Positions 43,361 through 53,848 of a DNA stretch of 64,000 nucleotides are shown here, in pieces. The translations under genes and the position numbers were made by a program. The notes beneath the pieces were generated by a model. It did no database searches and was not told the DNA's origin. It worked only from the letters and a program-made list of their open reading frames with translations. The DNA lies in the NCBI GenBank assembly GCA_036274475.1, contig DASUFO010000035.1, forward strand, positions 6,655-70,654. The letters run 5' to 3'. The stretch's first letter is position 1. Each line of letters begins with the position of its first letter. The DNA is from Candidatus Limnocylindrales bacterium (lineage in GTDB: Bacteria; Chloroflexota; Limnocylindria; Limnocylindrales; CSP1-4).

Positions 43361-45253
43361 TTGGCGGTCGGCGTCGCAGCCGAAGTCAAGAGCAAGCTCA
43401 GCGTCGTCGACGTCGTCGGCGAGACGGTCCAGCTGAAGAAGGCCGGGACCACGTACAAGGGGCTGTGCCCGTTCCACGGCGAGAAGACGCCGTCGTTCAC
43501 CGTGACGCCCGGGCGGGAGTCGTGGAAGTGCTTCGGCTGCGGCGAGGGCGGCGACATCTTCAGCTTCGTCATGAAGCGCGACGGCCTGTCATTCCCCGAG
43601 GCGCTCAAGGTGCTCGCCGCGAAGGCGGGCGTCGAGCTCGACGAGCGAACCTCGCGCGAAGACGCCCGCAAGAAGCGCCTCCGCGACGTGATGGAGAGCG
43701 CGATCGCGTTCTACCACGCGGTCCTGACCTCCTCCAAGGTGGGTGCCGCGGCGCTCGAATATCTCCATGGACGGGGTTTCACCGACGAGACGATCGCGAA
43801 GCACCAGCTGGGATTTGCGCCGGGGGGCTGGGACACGCTCGCCCGACAGCTCGCCTCGCGCCGCGACGTTCGCGGTGAGGAGCTCGTGGAGGTCGGACTC
43901 GCCCAGCCTCGCCAGTCGGGCCGCGGCGGCGTCTACGACCGGTTCCGCGAGCGGGTGATCTTCCCGATCCGCGACGCGAACGGCTCGCCGGTCGGGCTCG
44001 GCGGGCGGCTGCTGACCGGGGAAGGCCCCAAGTATTTGAACTCCCCGGCGACGCCGCTCTTCGACAAGAGCCGGACGCTCTACCTCGTCGACAAGGCGAA
44101 GGGACCGATCCGGAAGGGCGGCCAGGCGGTGATCGTCGAGGGCTACACGGACGCGCTCATGGCCCACCAGGCGGGCTTCGACAACGTCGTCGCGTCGCTC
44201 GGCACGGCGCTCACGCCGGGCCAGGTCGCGCTGCTCACGCGCTACGCGAAGAAGATCGCGCTCGCGTACGACGTCGACGCGGCCGGCGAGAAGGCCGGGA
44301 CGTTCGGGGCCACGGCGCTCGAGGCGTTGATCGGTCAGCTGGCGGCGGCCGACACCGGCGTCGAGCTCGACGAGGTGCGGGTCGTTCGGCTGCCGGACGG
44401 GAAGGACCCCGACGAGGTCGTCCGCGAGACGCCCGACCTGTGGCGCGAGGAGGTCCGGACGGCGCAGCCGATCGTCGATTACCTGATCGATTTCCACGCT
44501 CGCCAGGTCGATCTCAAGACGCCGGGCGGAAAGGCCCGCTTCGTCGACGCCATCGCACCGACGCTTCGGGCGATCCCGAACCCGGTGATGCGCGACGCGT
44601 ATCTCCAGGCCATCCACGCCCGCTCGGGGATCGAGGAGCGGTCGATCCTCGAAGTCCTTCACCGCCGCCCCGCCGCTCTGGAGCACGCCCAAGGTCGAAT
44701 CACCGCGGACGCCGTCCTCGCCTCGGCCGACGCCCTGCCCGTCGATCAGATCCTGCGCTCGATCACCCCGGTCGAGGAGGAGCTCCTGCGGCTGCTGCTG
44801 CTCGCCCCGGAGCAGCAGCTCCGGGCGGTCGACGAGCTGGGGCCGGACCAGCTGCCCTCGACGCCGGCTCGCGAGCTGTTCCGGGCGATCGTCCTGCAGC
44901 GGGCGCCGAACGACCAGGGCATCCGGCCGCCGTTCTCGATGTCGGCGCTGATCGCCGGTCTCGACGACGAGACCCGGGCGACGGCCCAGGCGATCCTGGC
45001 CCGCGGCGGGCCGGACCTCAGCCAGGTGCCATCGGATCGCGTCGCCTACGCGGTCGATCGGTGCCTGCTCCAGCTCGAGCGGGCAAAGCTCGACGAGCGA
45101 GCCGACTGGGTCGCCGCGGAGCTGATCGCGGCCGAGAGCCGCGGCGACCGCGACGTCGTCGGCCAATTGCTCGTTCTTCAACGCCAGAACAACGAGGCTC
45201 GCCGATCGGTCGATCGGCAGATCGAACAAGCAACCGTGCTCGTCCGCGCATGA
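43361..45253 (+). CDS. dnaG: DNA primase.
   Basis: The preferred start is TTG at 43361 with GGAGGAG 4-5 nt upstream (alternatives: ATG 43316, or track start 43235). CHC2 zinc finger CPFHGEKTPSFTV...WKCFGCGEGGD. TOPRIM motifs VIVEGYTDAL and DVDAAGEKA. Confidence 0.9.
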   Translation: MAVGVAAEVKSKLSVVDVVGETVQLKKAGTTYKGLCPFHGEKTPSFTVTPGRESWKCFGCGEGGDIFSFVMKRDGLSFPEALKVLAAKAGVELDERTSREDARKKRLRDVMESAIAFYHAVLTSSKVGAAALEYLHGRGFTDETIAKHQLGFAPGGWDTLARQLASRRDVRGEELVEVGLAQPRQSGRGGVYDRFRERVIFPIRDANGSPVGLGGRLLTGEGPKYLNSPATPLFDKSRTLYLVDKAKGPIRKGGQAVIVEGYTDALMAHQAGFDNVVASLGTALTPGQVALLTRYAKKIALAYDVDAAGEKAGTFGATALEALIGQLAAADTGVELDEVRVVRLPDGKDPDEVVRETPDLWREEVRTAQPIVDYLIDFHARQVDLKTPGGKARFVDAIAPTLRAIPNPVMRDAYLQAIHARSGIEERSILEVLHRRPAALEHAQGRITADAVLASADALPVDQILRSITPVEEELLRLLLLAPEQQLRAVDELGPDQLPSTPARELFRAIVLQRAPNDQGIRPPFSMSALIAGLDDETRATAQAILARGGPDLSQVPSDRVAYAVDRCLLQLERAKLDERADWVAAELIAAESRGDRDVVGQLLVLQRQNNEARRSVDRQIEQATVLVRA

Positions 45254-45301
45254 CGCAGTTCATCCAGCACTCATCCATCGCCACCAGCCGAGGAGGTTCT
45301 C

Positions 45302-47026
<1,725 letters not shown>

Positions 47027-47223
47027 GGTGCGGCGCCGGCGCCCCGCCGCGGTCCGAGTTTCTTGACGCGAGCCGTACGACCGGCCGGACGGGCTCGTCA
47101 CGTCTGCCGCGGTCGTCTGGTTCGTTGCGCGAGCCACGCGACCGGCGCGAGGCCCAATTCTGGCCACCGGGGCAGGTTTACGGAGTACAAATCGGTTGTA
47201 AGTCTCGTCTGACAAGTCTCGGG

Positions 47224-47877
47224 TCAAAGGACGACGATGGCGTTCCCGCCGGGATCCTGGCCGCACCTGATCGCGGCGAGAGCAGCCCCGCCCGGGACCG
47301 GAAAGTTGGATCGCGCTCCCAGACCAAGCTCGCGTAGCGCTGCGCGATTCCCGCGCGTGTCGCCAACGAGCAGGACGACACGACGAACGCCGCTATCGCG
47401 CGCTTTCTGCATGACCCGCCGGTCGACAGCCTGAAAGTCGCGCAGCCGAGTCTCGGCATCGACGCCAATCGGGCAATTTGGCAGCCCGATCACAGCGTCC
47501 CACGCGCGCAGGTCGCCACGACCCCCGATTGGGACTTCCGTCCGCCACGGAACTCGTGCTGGAACGAATGTCCGAAGTCGATGGAGCAGCCGGATCTGGC
47601 CGCGGTCGCGGAGGCCACCTCCAACCGGATACGCCCGTGCCGACAGCTCCAGTCCGACGCAACTCAAGAGCTGGGAGACGACAACGAACGGGACATCGTC
47701 GTGCTCGCCTCGCTCGATCACCGAGATCCGCGCCTTCGAAAGGCCGACCGAGCGCCCGATCGCGGCCTGGGTCAGGCCCGCAGCCAGCCGCGCCTCCCTG
47801 AACTCATCGAGCAGCTCGCGAACAAGCCGATCACCTCGACGCCGGCCGCGATCTCCTGGAGACTCCCTGACTGCCAC
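47224..47877 (-). CDS. XRE-family HTH protein with an uncharacterised C-terminal domain (possibly PD-(D/E)xK-like).
   Basis: The track ORF is over-extended. The only in-frame start near the HTH is GTG at 47877. HTH: [29 protein letters not shown]-terminal domain: [34 protein letters not shown]. Confidence 0.65.
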   Translation of the reverse strand: MAVRESPGDRGRRRGDRLVRELLDEFREARLAAGLTQAAIGRSVGLSKARISVIERGEHDDVPFVVVSQLLSCVGLELSARAYPVGGGLRDRGQIRLLHRLRTFVPARVPWRTEVPIGGRGDLRAWDAVIGLPNCPIGVDAETRLRDFQAVDRRVMQKARDSGVRRVVLLVGDTRGNRAALRELGLGARSNFPVPGGAALAAIRCGQDPGGNAIVVL

Positions 47878-47900
47878 GACTCCATCGTGGCAAGGAGCGC

Positions 47901-48770
47901 TTAGCTGCGACTCTCCGGTGGTTCGCCAGGTTCCGGGCCTGTGGCGACCGGCTCGCCGCTGCGCGACCAGTCGCTGTACGAGCCGACGTAGAGGATCGGG
48001 TCGGGGAGGCCGGCGAGGCGCATCGCGATCGCGTGATGCAGCGCCGACGTGCCGCTGCCGCACGAGGTGACCACGGGGCCGCTCGCGCCGTCCGCGCCCA
48101 GCTCGCGGAACCGCGCGGCGAGCTCCGGGGCGGGCCGGAACCGGCCGCTGACGAGGTTGCCCTCGACTGGGGCGTTGACCGCGGTGGGGATGTGGCCCGC
48201 GACCGGATCGACCGGCTCCGTCTCGCCGCGGTAGCGCGGCGCCGCGCGGGCATCGAGCACCACGACCGACCCGAGCCGGTCCTTGAGCTCTTCGCGCGAG
48301 ATCACGCCGGTCCACGTGTCGGCGAGGTGGAGCTCCGCACGGGACCACGCCGGGACGTCGGTCGTCAGCTCGCCGCCTGCCTCGGACCAGGCGGCGAGAC
48401 CGCCGTCGAGCACCGCGACCTCGCGATGGCCCAGGTTCTCGAGCATCCACCACAGCCGGGCAGCGACCCAGCCGCCGACGTCGTCGTAGGCGATGACGGC
48501 ATGGTCGTCGCCGATCCCGGCCGCGGCCAGGCGCTCGGCAAAGGCGGCGGGGGAGGGGAGCGGATGCCGGCCGGGCGCGCCGTAGCCGTCATCCGAGGCC
48601 AGGTCAGCGTCGAGGTCGAGGTGGATGGCGCCCGGGAGATGGCCGGCGTCGTAGGCGGCCCGACCGTCGCCCGGTCGGCCGAGATACCAGCGGCAGTCGA
48701 CGATGCGGAGGTTCGGGTCGCCGAGGCGGCCACGGAGCTCCGAGGCGGAAATGAGCGGTGAGCGGTGCAT
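47901..48770 (-). CDS. Tandem-rhodanese sulfurtransferase (SseA / 3-mercaptopyruvate type).
   Basis: ATG at 48770: MHRSPLISASELRGRLGDPNLRIVDCRW...GHLPGAIHLD...AGHIPTAVN. Active-site loop: VTSCGSGTSA. Confidence 0.85.
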   Translation of the reverse strand: MHRSPLISASELRGRLGDPNLRIVDCRWYLGRPGDGRAAYDAGHLPGAIHLDLDADLASDDGYGAPGRHPLPSPAAFAERLAAAGIGDDHAVIAYDDVGGWVAARLWWMLENLGHREVAVLDGGLAAWSEAGGELTTDVPAWSRAELHLADTWTGVISREELKDRLGSVVVLDARAAPRYRGETEPVDPVAGHIPTAVNAPVEGNLVSGRFRPAPELAARFRELGADGASGPVVTSCGSGTSALHHAIAMRLAGLPDPILYVGSYSDWSRSGEPVATGPEPGEPPESRS

Positions 48771-48875
48771 GCCCAAGTATCGGACGCAGCGGTTCGGGTC
48801 GCGCAAGGTGCTCTGCTATCCTGTCGCGCGGCGCCGCGATGGCGCCCGTCGGCGGCCTCGGCCGTGCGACCTCGC

Positions 48876-48950
48876 TCCGGCGTAGCTCAGTGGTAGAGCG
48901 GGCGGCTGTTAACCGCTTGGTCGTAGGTTCGAATCCTACCGCCGGAGCCA
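48876..48950 (+). tRNA. tRNA-Asn (anticodon GTT), CCA encoded.
   Basis: Folded by hand. Acceptor stem TCCGGCG/CGCCGGA; D stem GCTC/GAGC; anticodon stem GGCGG/CCGCT with loop CTGTTAA; T stem GTAGG/CCTAC with loop TTCGAAT; discriminator G plus CCA. Confidence 0.93.
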
Positions 48951-49217
48951 CTCGATTACTGATTCCAACCGGTCAACATCCTGATGGGTTGGCGCCCTCC
49001 AAAGGGCTACGCCAGCTGTTGGACGCCGTCCACGTCGATGTGCTCGAACAGGTCCCTGACCCAGCCACCGGGCGTTCCACGGGAGCGTGGTCGAGACGGC
49101 CCGTCTCTGGTCAACGACCTCCTGGATCAGTTTCGTCGTGATTCGGTCGATTACGTGCGGGCGTCCCCGGTGCGACGGTCAGCCGGACGTTCGCTCGGCC
49201 GATGATCGGTTCGACGA

Positions 49218-49499
49218 TCACGGCGCGACCTCGCCGATCCACTCAGTCCCGGCGAAGTGAGCTCCAATGCGACCAGTCAGCGCAGCCGCACCTTCCCTTC
49301 GGTCTGCGGGTTGGACCTCCCACCAGCCGATTGCCTGAAAGACCTCGATCAGGAGGATCGCCAGGATCCCGTTGATCAGGACGACGCCGCCGAAGACCGC
49401 CGCGACGAAGACCGAGTCGCGGAGCGCCTTCATCTCTACGGCACGCCGATCGATCTGCCCTCGACTGATCGGCTCTCCGTCGTGGTGCATCACATTCAC
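49218..49499 (-). CDS. Small membrane protein, hypothetical (93 aa).
   Basis: GTG at 49499 overlaps the upstream TGA (GTGA); the alternative is ATG at 49490. TM segment: VFVAAVFGGVVLINGILAILLIEVF. Confidence 0.5.
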   Translation of the reverse strand: MNVMHHDGEPISRGQIDRRAVEMKALRDSVFVAAVFGGVVLINGILAILLIEVFQAIGWWEVQPADRREGAAALTGRIGAHFAGTEWIGEVAP

Positions 49500-50761
49500 C
49501 CCAGGTAGCGGAGCCAGAGATATACGGTCGAGATCGAGAGGGATGCGATGACGACGCCCAGTCCGTAACGGAAGAACTGCATGAAGGTGATCGGGTGGCC
49601 GTCGCGGGCTGCGAGGTTGGTCACCACGATGTTGGCGGAGGCACCAACGATCGTGAGGTTCCCGCCGAGACACGCCCCGAGCGCCAGGGCCCACCACAAC
49701 GGGTCGTCGTCCAGCCCTGTCTCGATCATCCGCTCAACGATCGGGATCGCGGTCGCGGTATACGGGATGTTGTCGACGATCGCTGAACCCAACGCTGACA
49801 CCCAGAGGATCCCGATCGTAGCGACTTCCAGGCGTCCACCGACGACGCCGGCCAGGGTGTTGGCAACGCTGCCCACGATCCCGACGTGGACGACCGCCTC
49901 GACCAGCATGAACAGGCCGACGAAGAAGAACAGGGTGTTCCATTCGACGTCGCGCAGCGTGTCGTGTGGATCGAGCGGCCCGACGATCATCAGGACGGTC
50001 GCCCCGAGCAGGGCGATCGTGGCCGCCTCCACGCCGATGAGGGAGTGCAGGAGGAACCCGACGATCGTCAGGCCGAGGACGATCAGTGCCCGATACATAA
50101 GAGGCCAATTCGTGATCGCGGCGGCCGGGTCGACCGTGGCCAGGAGGTCGAGGCGGTCCTCGTCGTCGGCCATTGACCGCCCGAAGACGAACCGCATGAT
50201 CGCGAGGAAGAACACCATGATCGCGAGAACGACGGGCGCCAGGTTGACCAGGAAGTCGCCGAAGTCGAGCCCGGCCGCCGAGCCGATCATGATGTTGGGA
50301 GGGTCGCCGATCAGGGTGGCTGTGCCGCCTATGTTCGACGCGAAAATCTGGCTGATGAGATAGGGAAACGGCGAGACCTTCAGCGTGCGAGCGATCGACA
50401 GCGTGACCGGCGTGAGGAGGACGACGGTGGTGACGTTGTCGAGGAGCGCTGAAAGCACCGCCGTTGCCACGCAGAGGATCACCAGGAGGCGGAACGGCTC
50501 GCCTCGGGAGCGATGGATTGCGAGCCCCGCGACGTACTCGAAGAAGCCGGTCCGGCTGAGTCCTCCCGCCAGGATCATCATCCCGGCCAGCAGGAAGATG
50601 ACGTTGAAGTCGATGCCGCCGAATGCCTCTTCCTGGTCGATGATCCCGAGGACCACGACCAGCAGGCCGCCGAGGAGGGCCACGAGGGTCCTGTCGAATC
50701 GCTCCGACGCGATGAGCGCATAGGCGACCAGGAAGATGCCGCCGGCGAGGACGACGTCCAC
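49496..50761 (-). CDS. ArsB/NhaD-superfamily (SLC13-like) anion permease.
   Basis: 421 aa, polytopic. Sequence: LLDNVTTVVLLTPV...ASNIGGTATLIGDPPNIMI...GSAIVDNIPYTA...GGNLTIVGASANIV. Confidence 0.8.
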   Translation of the reverse strand: MDVVLAGGIFLVAYALIASERFDRTLVALLGGLLVVVLGIIDQEEAFGGIDFNVIFLLAGMMILAGGLSRTGFFEYVAGLAIHRSRGEPFRLLVILCVATAVLSALLDNVTTVVLLTPVTLSIARTLKVSPFPYLISQIFASNIGGTATLIGDPPNIMIGSAAGLDFGDFLVNLAPVVLAIMVFFLAIMRFVFGRSMADDEDRLDLLATVDPAAAITNWPLMYRALIVLGLTIVGFLLHSLIGVEAATIALLGATVLMIVGPLDPHDTLRDVEWNTLFFFVGLFMLVEAVVHVGIVGSVANTLAGVVGGRLEVATIGILWVSALGSAIVDNIPYTATAIPIVERMIETGLDDDPLWWALALGACLGGNLTIVGASANIVVTNLAARDGHPITFMQFFRYGLGVVIASLSISTVYLWLRYLG

Positions 50762-51199
50762 GGTCAGCGGGCCTCTGGCACGCGCGGAAGCGCGCCCAGA
50801 TGGGCCAGTGAGTCAGGTCCGTGGAGCCGGGTGAGTCGGGTTAGTTCGTAGTGATCCACGGGGGCCCGTCGCTGGCCGCCACCACCAGCAACGTGCGCCC
50901 GAGGCTCACGCTCATCGACTCAAGTGCATCCACGACCGTCAGAGGATACACCGAGCGCAGTCAGATTCCGGCCAGAACGGTCGCTGCAGAACGTCGGTAC
51001 CGACGCCAGTCTTCTAACGAGGCCGTCCGCTGATGACGAACAGCCTCTCGACTTCGATCTCGCTCTACTTCCCTCCGGATCAGCCCGGCGAGCGCTGACC
51101 TGGCGCGCCCGCAGGGCAGCGCCCAGCGGATCCGTCGTGCGTCCGGCCCAACCGCACGGAACACGACGGAGGCTCCAGGTCGTAGCGCCGGCAGCTATC

Positions 51200-51229
51200 T
51201 TGACATGTATCATATCAATCTGCTATATA
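51200..51229 (+). promoter_or_regulatory. Sigma-70-type promoter for hsp20-hspR.
   Basis: TTGACA (51200-51205), an 18-nt spacer, and an extended -10 TGcTATATA (51221-51229), all in a locally AT-rich patch. The imperfect dyad TTGACAT-N5-ATATCAA overlaps the -35 box. RBS AGGAGG at 51271-51276. Confidence 0.6.
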
Positions 51230-51287
51230 CGGCCCGTGATATAAAAGTTGGCCGCAAGGCCGCGCTTGCGAAAGGAGGTGATGTCGC

Positions 51288-51764
51288 ATGGCCATGACCG
51301 CTCTGAGCCCGCTAGGCGATTTCATGTCCCTGCGGGCGACGATGGACCGCCTCTTCGACGGCGCGCTGGTTCGTCGGGACAGCCGGCTGACGCTGGCGGG
51401 CACCGCACTGCCGTACTTGCCGCTCGACGTCTACGAGACGCCGGACGAATTCGTCGTCCGGGCGCTCGTGCCGGGCAGCAAGCCCGACGCGATCGACGCC
51501 CAGTATCACGACGGTGTCCTTACCCTTCGGACGAAGGTCGAGCTGTCCGGGGCGCCGGAGGGCGCGACCTGGCTGTTCCGGGAGATCGGCGCCGGCGAGG
51601 CGGTCCGGCGGATCAAGCTGCCGCGGGCGATCGATATCGACCACGCGACCACGAGCTTCGAGAACGGCGTCCTGACGCTCACCCTGCCGAAGGCGCCCGA
51701 GGCGAAGCCCAGGCAGATCAAGGTCGTCGCCGAGCCGCAGCTCGCCGCGCCGGTGACGTACTGA
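51288..51764 (+). CDS. Small heat-shock protein (Hsp20/alpha-crystallin).
   Basis: Sequence: LPLDVYETPDEFVVRALVPG...YHDGVLTLR...SFENGVLTLTLPKA. 158 aa. Confidence 0.9.
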   Translation: MAMTALSPLGDFMSLRATMDRLFDGALVRRDSRLTLAGTALPYLPLDVYETPDEFVVRALVPGSKPDAIDAQYHDGVLTLRTKVELSGAPEGATWLFREIGAGEAVRRIKLPRAIDIDHATTSFENGVLTLTLPKAPEAKPRQIKVVAEPQLAAPVTY

Positions 51765-51778
51765 TCGGGCAGCGGGCG

Positions 51779-52099
51779 ATGGACCAGCATGAGGGCCTCT
51801 ACACGATGGCTGTCGCCGCCCGCCTCACGCGGATGCACCCGCAAACGCTCCGCAAGTACGAGCGGGCAGGGCTGGTCCGGCCGTCCCGACCGTCGGGCAA
51901 CCAGCGCCTCTACTCCGAGGCGGACGTCCGGCGCCTCGACCGGATCCGCTACCTCGTCGATGTTCGCGGGCTCAACGTTGCCGGTCTGGAACTGGTCCTG
52001 GCGATGCTCGATCGCCTGGAGGCAGTCGGACCGGACGCCCCCCGCGGCGAATTGCGGGCCGCCATCGACGAGGCAATGGAGCTGAGCCGCGACCGATGA
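51779..52099 (+). CDS. hspR: MerR-family heat-shock regulator (HspR-like).
   Basis: ATG at 51779 lies within spurious track ORF 51248..52099. Sequence: YTMAVAARLTRMHPQTLRKYERAGLVRPSRPSGNQRLYSEADVRRLDRIRYLV. Confidence 0.8.
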   Translation: MDQHEGLYTMAVAARLTRMHPQTLRKYERAGLVRPSRPSGNQRLYSEADVRRLDRIRYLVDVRGLNVAGLELVLAMLDRLEAVGPDAPRGELRAAIDEAMELSRDR

Positions 52100-52163
52100 C
52101 GGGACGGCCGCCCGCCGCTCCGACCCACCACTGATAGCAGACATTCTGGGAGGTGACGCGATC

Positions 52164-52766
52164 ATGACTACGACGTTTGTGCTCGCGGCTCCCCGGATCG
52201 TGGTCGGCCTGCTCATGGCCGGCCACGGGCTCCAGAAGCTCGCCGGCTGGTTCGGCGGGCCTGGCCTCCAGGGAACCGCGGATTTCCTTGGCAGCCTTCA
52301 TGTCCGCGCCGGGTCGCGCTGGGCGATGGCGCTCGCCGTCGCCGAGACGATCGGCGGGGCCCTGATGGCGCTCGGATTCCTCCAGCCGCTCGGCCAGCTG
52401 GTCGTTGCGACGGTGCTCCTCGTCGCGATTGCGCTCGTCCACTGGCAGAAGGGGCTGTGGAATACGAACGGCGGCCTCGAGCACCCGCTGGTCCTGGCGA
52501 CGGTGGCGCTCGCCTCGGCGACCGCGCCGATCGGCTGGTCGCTCGACGGGACGCTCGGGATCGCTGTCCCGGCGTGGATCAGCCTCATCGCGGCCATCGC
52601 CATGGCGATCGTCGCGCTCGGCGTCGTCGTCGGACGATCGACGGCCGCGGGGGTGCCGGTCCCGGCCGAGACGGCGCCCGCGTCGAACGGCGAGACCGAA
52701 GGGTCCCGCCCGATGCCGCCCGTCCGATGGGCGATCTGGCGTCGTGATCTCCGGATCTGGCGCTGA
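52164..52766 (+). CDS. DoxX-family membrane protein.
   Basis: Sequence: RIVVGLLMAGHGLQKLAGWFGGPGLQGTADFL...AETIGGALMALGF. About 4 TM segments. Confidence 0.75.
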   Translation: MTTTFVLAAPRIVVGLLMAGHGLQKLAGWFGGPGLQGTADFLGSLHVRAGSRWAMALAVAETIGGALMALGFLQPLGQLVVATVLLVAIALVHWQKGLWNTNGGLEHPLVLATVALASATAPIGWSLDGTLGIAVPAWISLIAAIAMAIVALGVVVGRSTAAGVPVPAETAPASNGETEGSRPMPPVRWAIWRRDLRIWR

Positions 52767-52851
52767 TCGACCCGAACCCCACCCGAGCCCATCCCGACCG
52801 GTTCTGCCGCAACGCCGGATCGGTCGGGGTGGGCCCGACGCTGTCGACGAC

Positions 52852-53254
52852 TCAGCGGGAGGCCCGCGCGCTGACCCTGTCCAGGTGCTGGAGAAGGGTA
52901 TAGGCCGCAAGCTCGACGGCCTTGTGCCGCCACTCGGCCGCTCGATAGACGCAGGCGATCAAGCCGGTCCGATGGACCCGGCGAAAGTCGCCGTAGACGA
53001 ACGCGTATCGTGCCTTGGTCTCGTCCGCAGCCCCGTCCGTCAGGCCCAGGTGCCAGTCCGAGTACTCCTCCCATGAATGGGTCGCCAGGAACGAGTTCTT
53101 CCGTGGCGCGTGGCTGGACGTCGCCCCACTCGCTGGCGAGGACGAACTGCCCCGCGTCGATCAGCTGCCCGGCGCGAGCCACGGCGCGCCAGTTCACCAG
53201 GTAGGACGCCATCGGCTCCGGAGTGTTCACCTCGTTCAGGTCGGGCCGCAGCAT
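52852..53254 (-). pseudogene. Frameshifted paralogue of the 126-aa hypothetical gene at 55591-55971.
   Basis: Frame 1 from 53254 (or from the ATG at 53212) gives ...MASYLVNWRAVARAGQLIDAGQFVLASEWGDVQPRATEE. The frame offset by one nt then continues NSFLATHSWEEYSDWHLGLTDGAADETKARYAFVYGDFRRVHRTGLIACVYRAAEWRHKAVELAAYTLLQHLD and stops at 52854..52852. The two parts align, in order, with the paralogue: ...IAEGRAVIDERDDWSEHQPSAQQENDFIRDHGWKAYARWYLGINEEATEQTKERYEFPYGDFEKVHRCGV... Confidence 0.7.
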
Positions 53255-53430
53255 CGACCGCTACACCGGCGGCTCCGCGAGAGCCACGCCGGTGGGCGCG
53301 ACAGTGTGGATCGCGGCACTGAGCGAGCGCCCTTCCGAACAACCGCCGGGTAGCCGCCGCTACTGCGGCGGGCCGGCCGGCTGGCGAACGTGTGGGAGAG
53401 CCTGATCCGCAGCCGAGGTCACAGACCGCC

Positions 53431-53799
53431 ATGTTCCACGCGCAGCTCTACCTTGCGTCCGGCGCGACCGTCACCGCCGATCTCGATGCGCCGCTGGTCG
53501 ACAAGCTCATCGGGGACATGCTCGCGCTGCCGGGTGTCGTGCCGAGGTTGCTCCTCAAGCTCCCGACGCGCGATGAGCTCGAGGATCGAGCCGCGCGACT
53601 TCGCCTCGTCGCAGTCGCGCTCGGCGAACTGCTGTCCCACGAGGGGACGCTCCAGTTCCTGGCCCAGCACGCGCGGGCCGTGGTCGTCAACCGGACGGCC
53701 GTCGCCGCGATCGAGGTCAGCGACTCCGACCCCTCCGCGCCGAGCCGCGGCCAGGCACGGGCCGAGACACAGCCCAAGGCCGCGCAGCCCGTGGGCTGA
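53431..53799 (+). CDS. Hypothetical protein (122 aa).
   Basis: ATG at 53431: MFHAQLYLASGATVTADLDAPLVDKLIGDMLALPGVVPRLLLKLPTRDELEDRAARLRL... It has a non-biased N-terminal two-thirds. No family was recognised. Confidence 0.45.
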   Translation: MFHAQLYLASGATVTADLDAPLVDKLIGDMLALPGVVPRLLLKLPTRDELEDRAARLRLVAVALGELLSHEGTLQFLAQHARAVVVNRTAVAAIEVSDSDPSAPSRGQARAETQPKAAQPVG

Positions 53800-53848
53800 G
53801 GGAGCGCGAGGGGCGGACTCTCCGTGCCCGCGACGAGGCCGGCATCAC

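Noticed and set aside
47027-47223. A hairpin or terminator and the direct repeat AAGTCTCG x2 in the rpoD / XRE convergent spacer.
   Set aside because: The stems are imperfect (CGAGCC...GGCTCG with a bulge) and the 8-mer repeat is short. A terminator is plausible but not supportable by eye.
50808-50840. SRP-RNA-like string GUCAGGUCCG.
   Set aside because: It lacks the GGAA tetraloop and the GAAGCAGCC continuation of the conserved SRP helix 8. The resemblance is limited to about 10 nt.
50910-50930. An HspR HAIR half-site ACTCAAG at 50917-50923.
   Set aside because: The partner half at the required N7 spacing is absent (GCTCACG or CGTGAGC instead of CTTGAGT), and the site is about 370 nt from hsp20.
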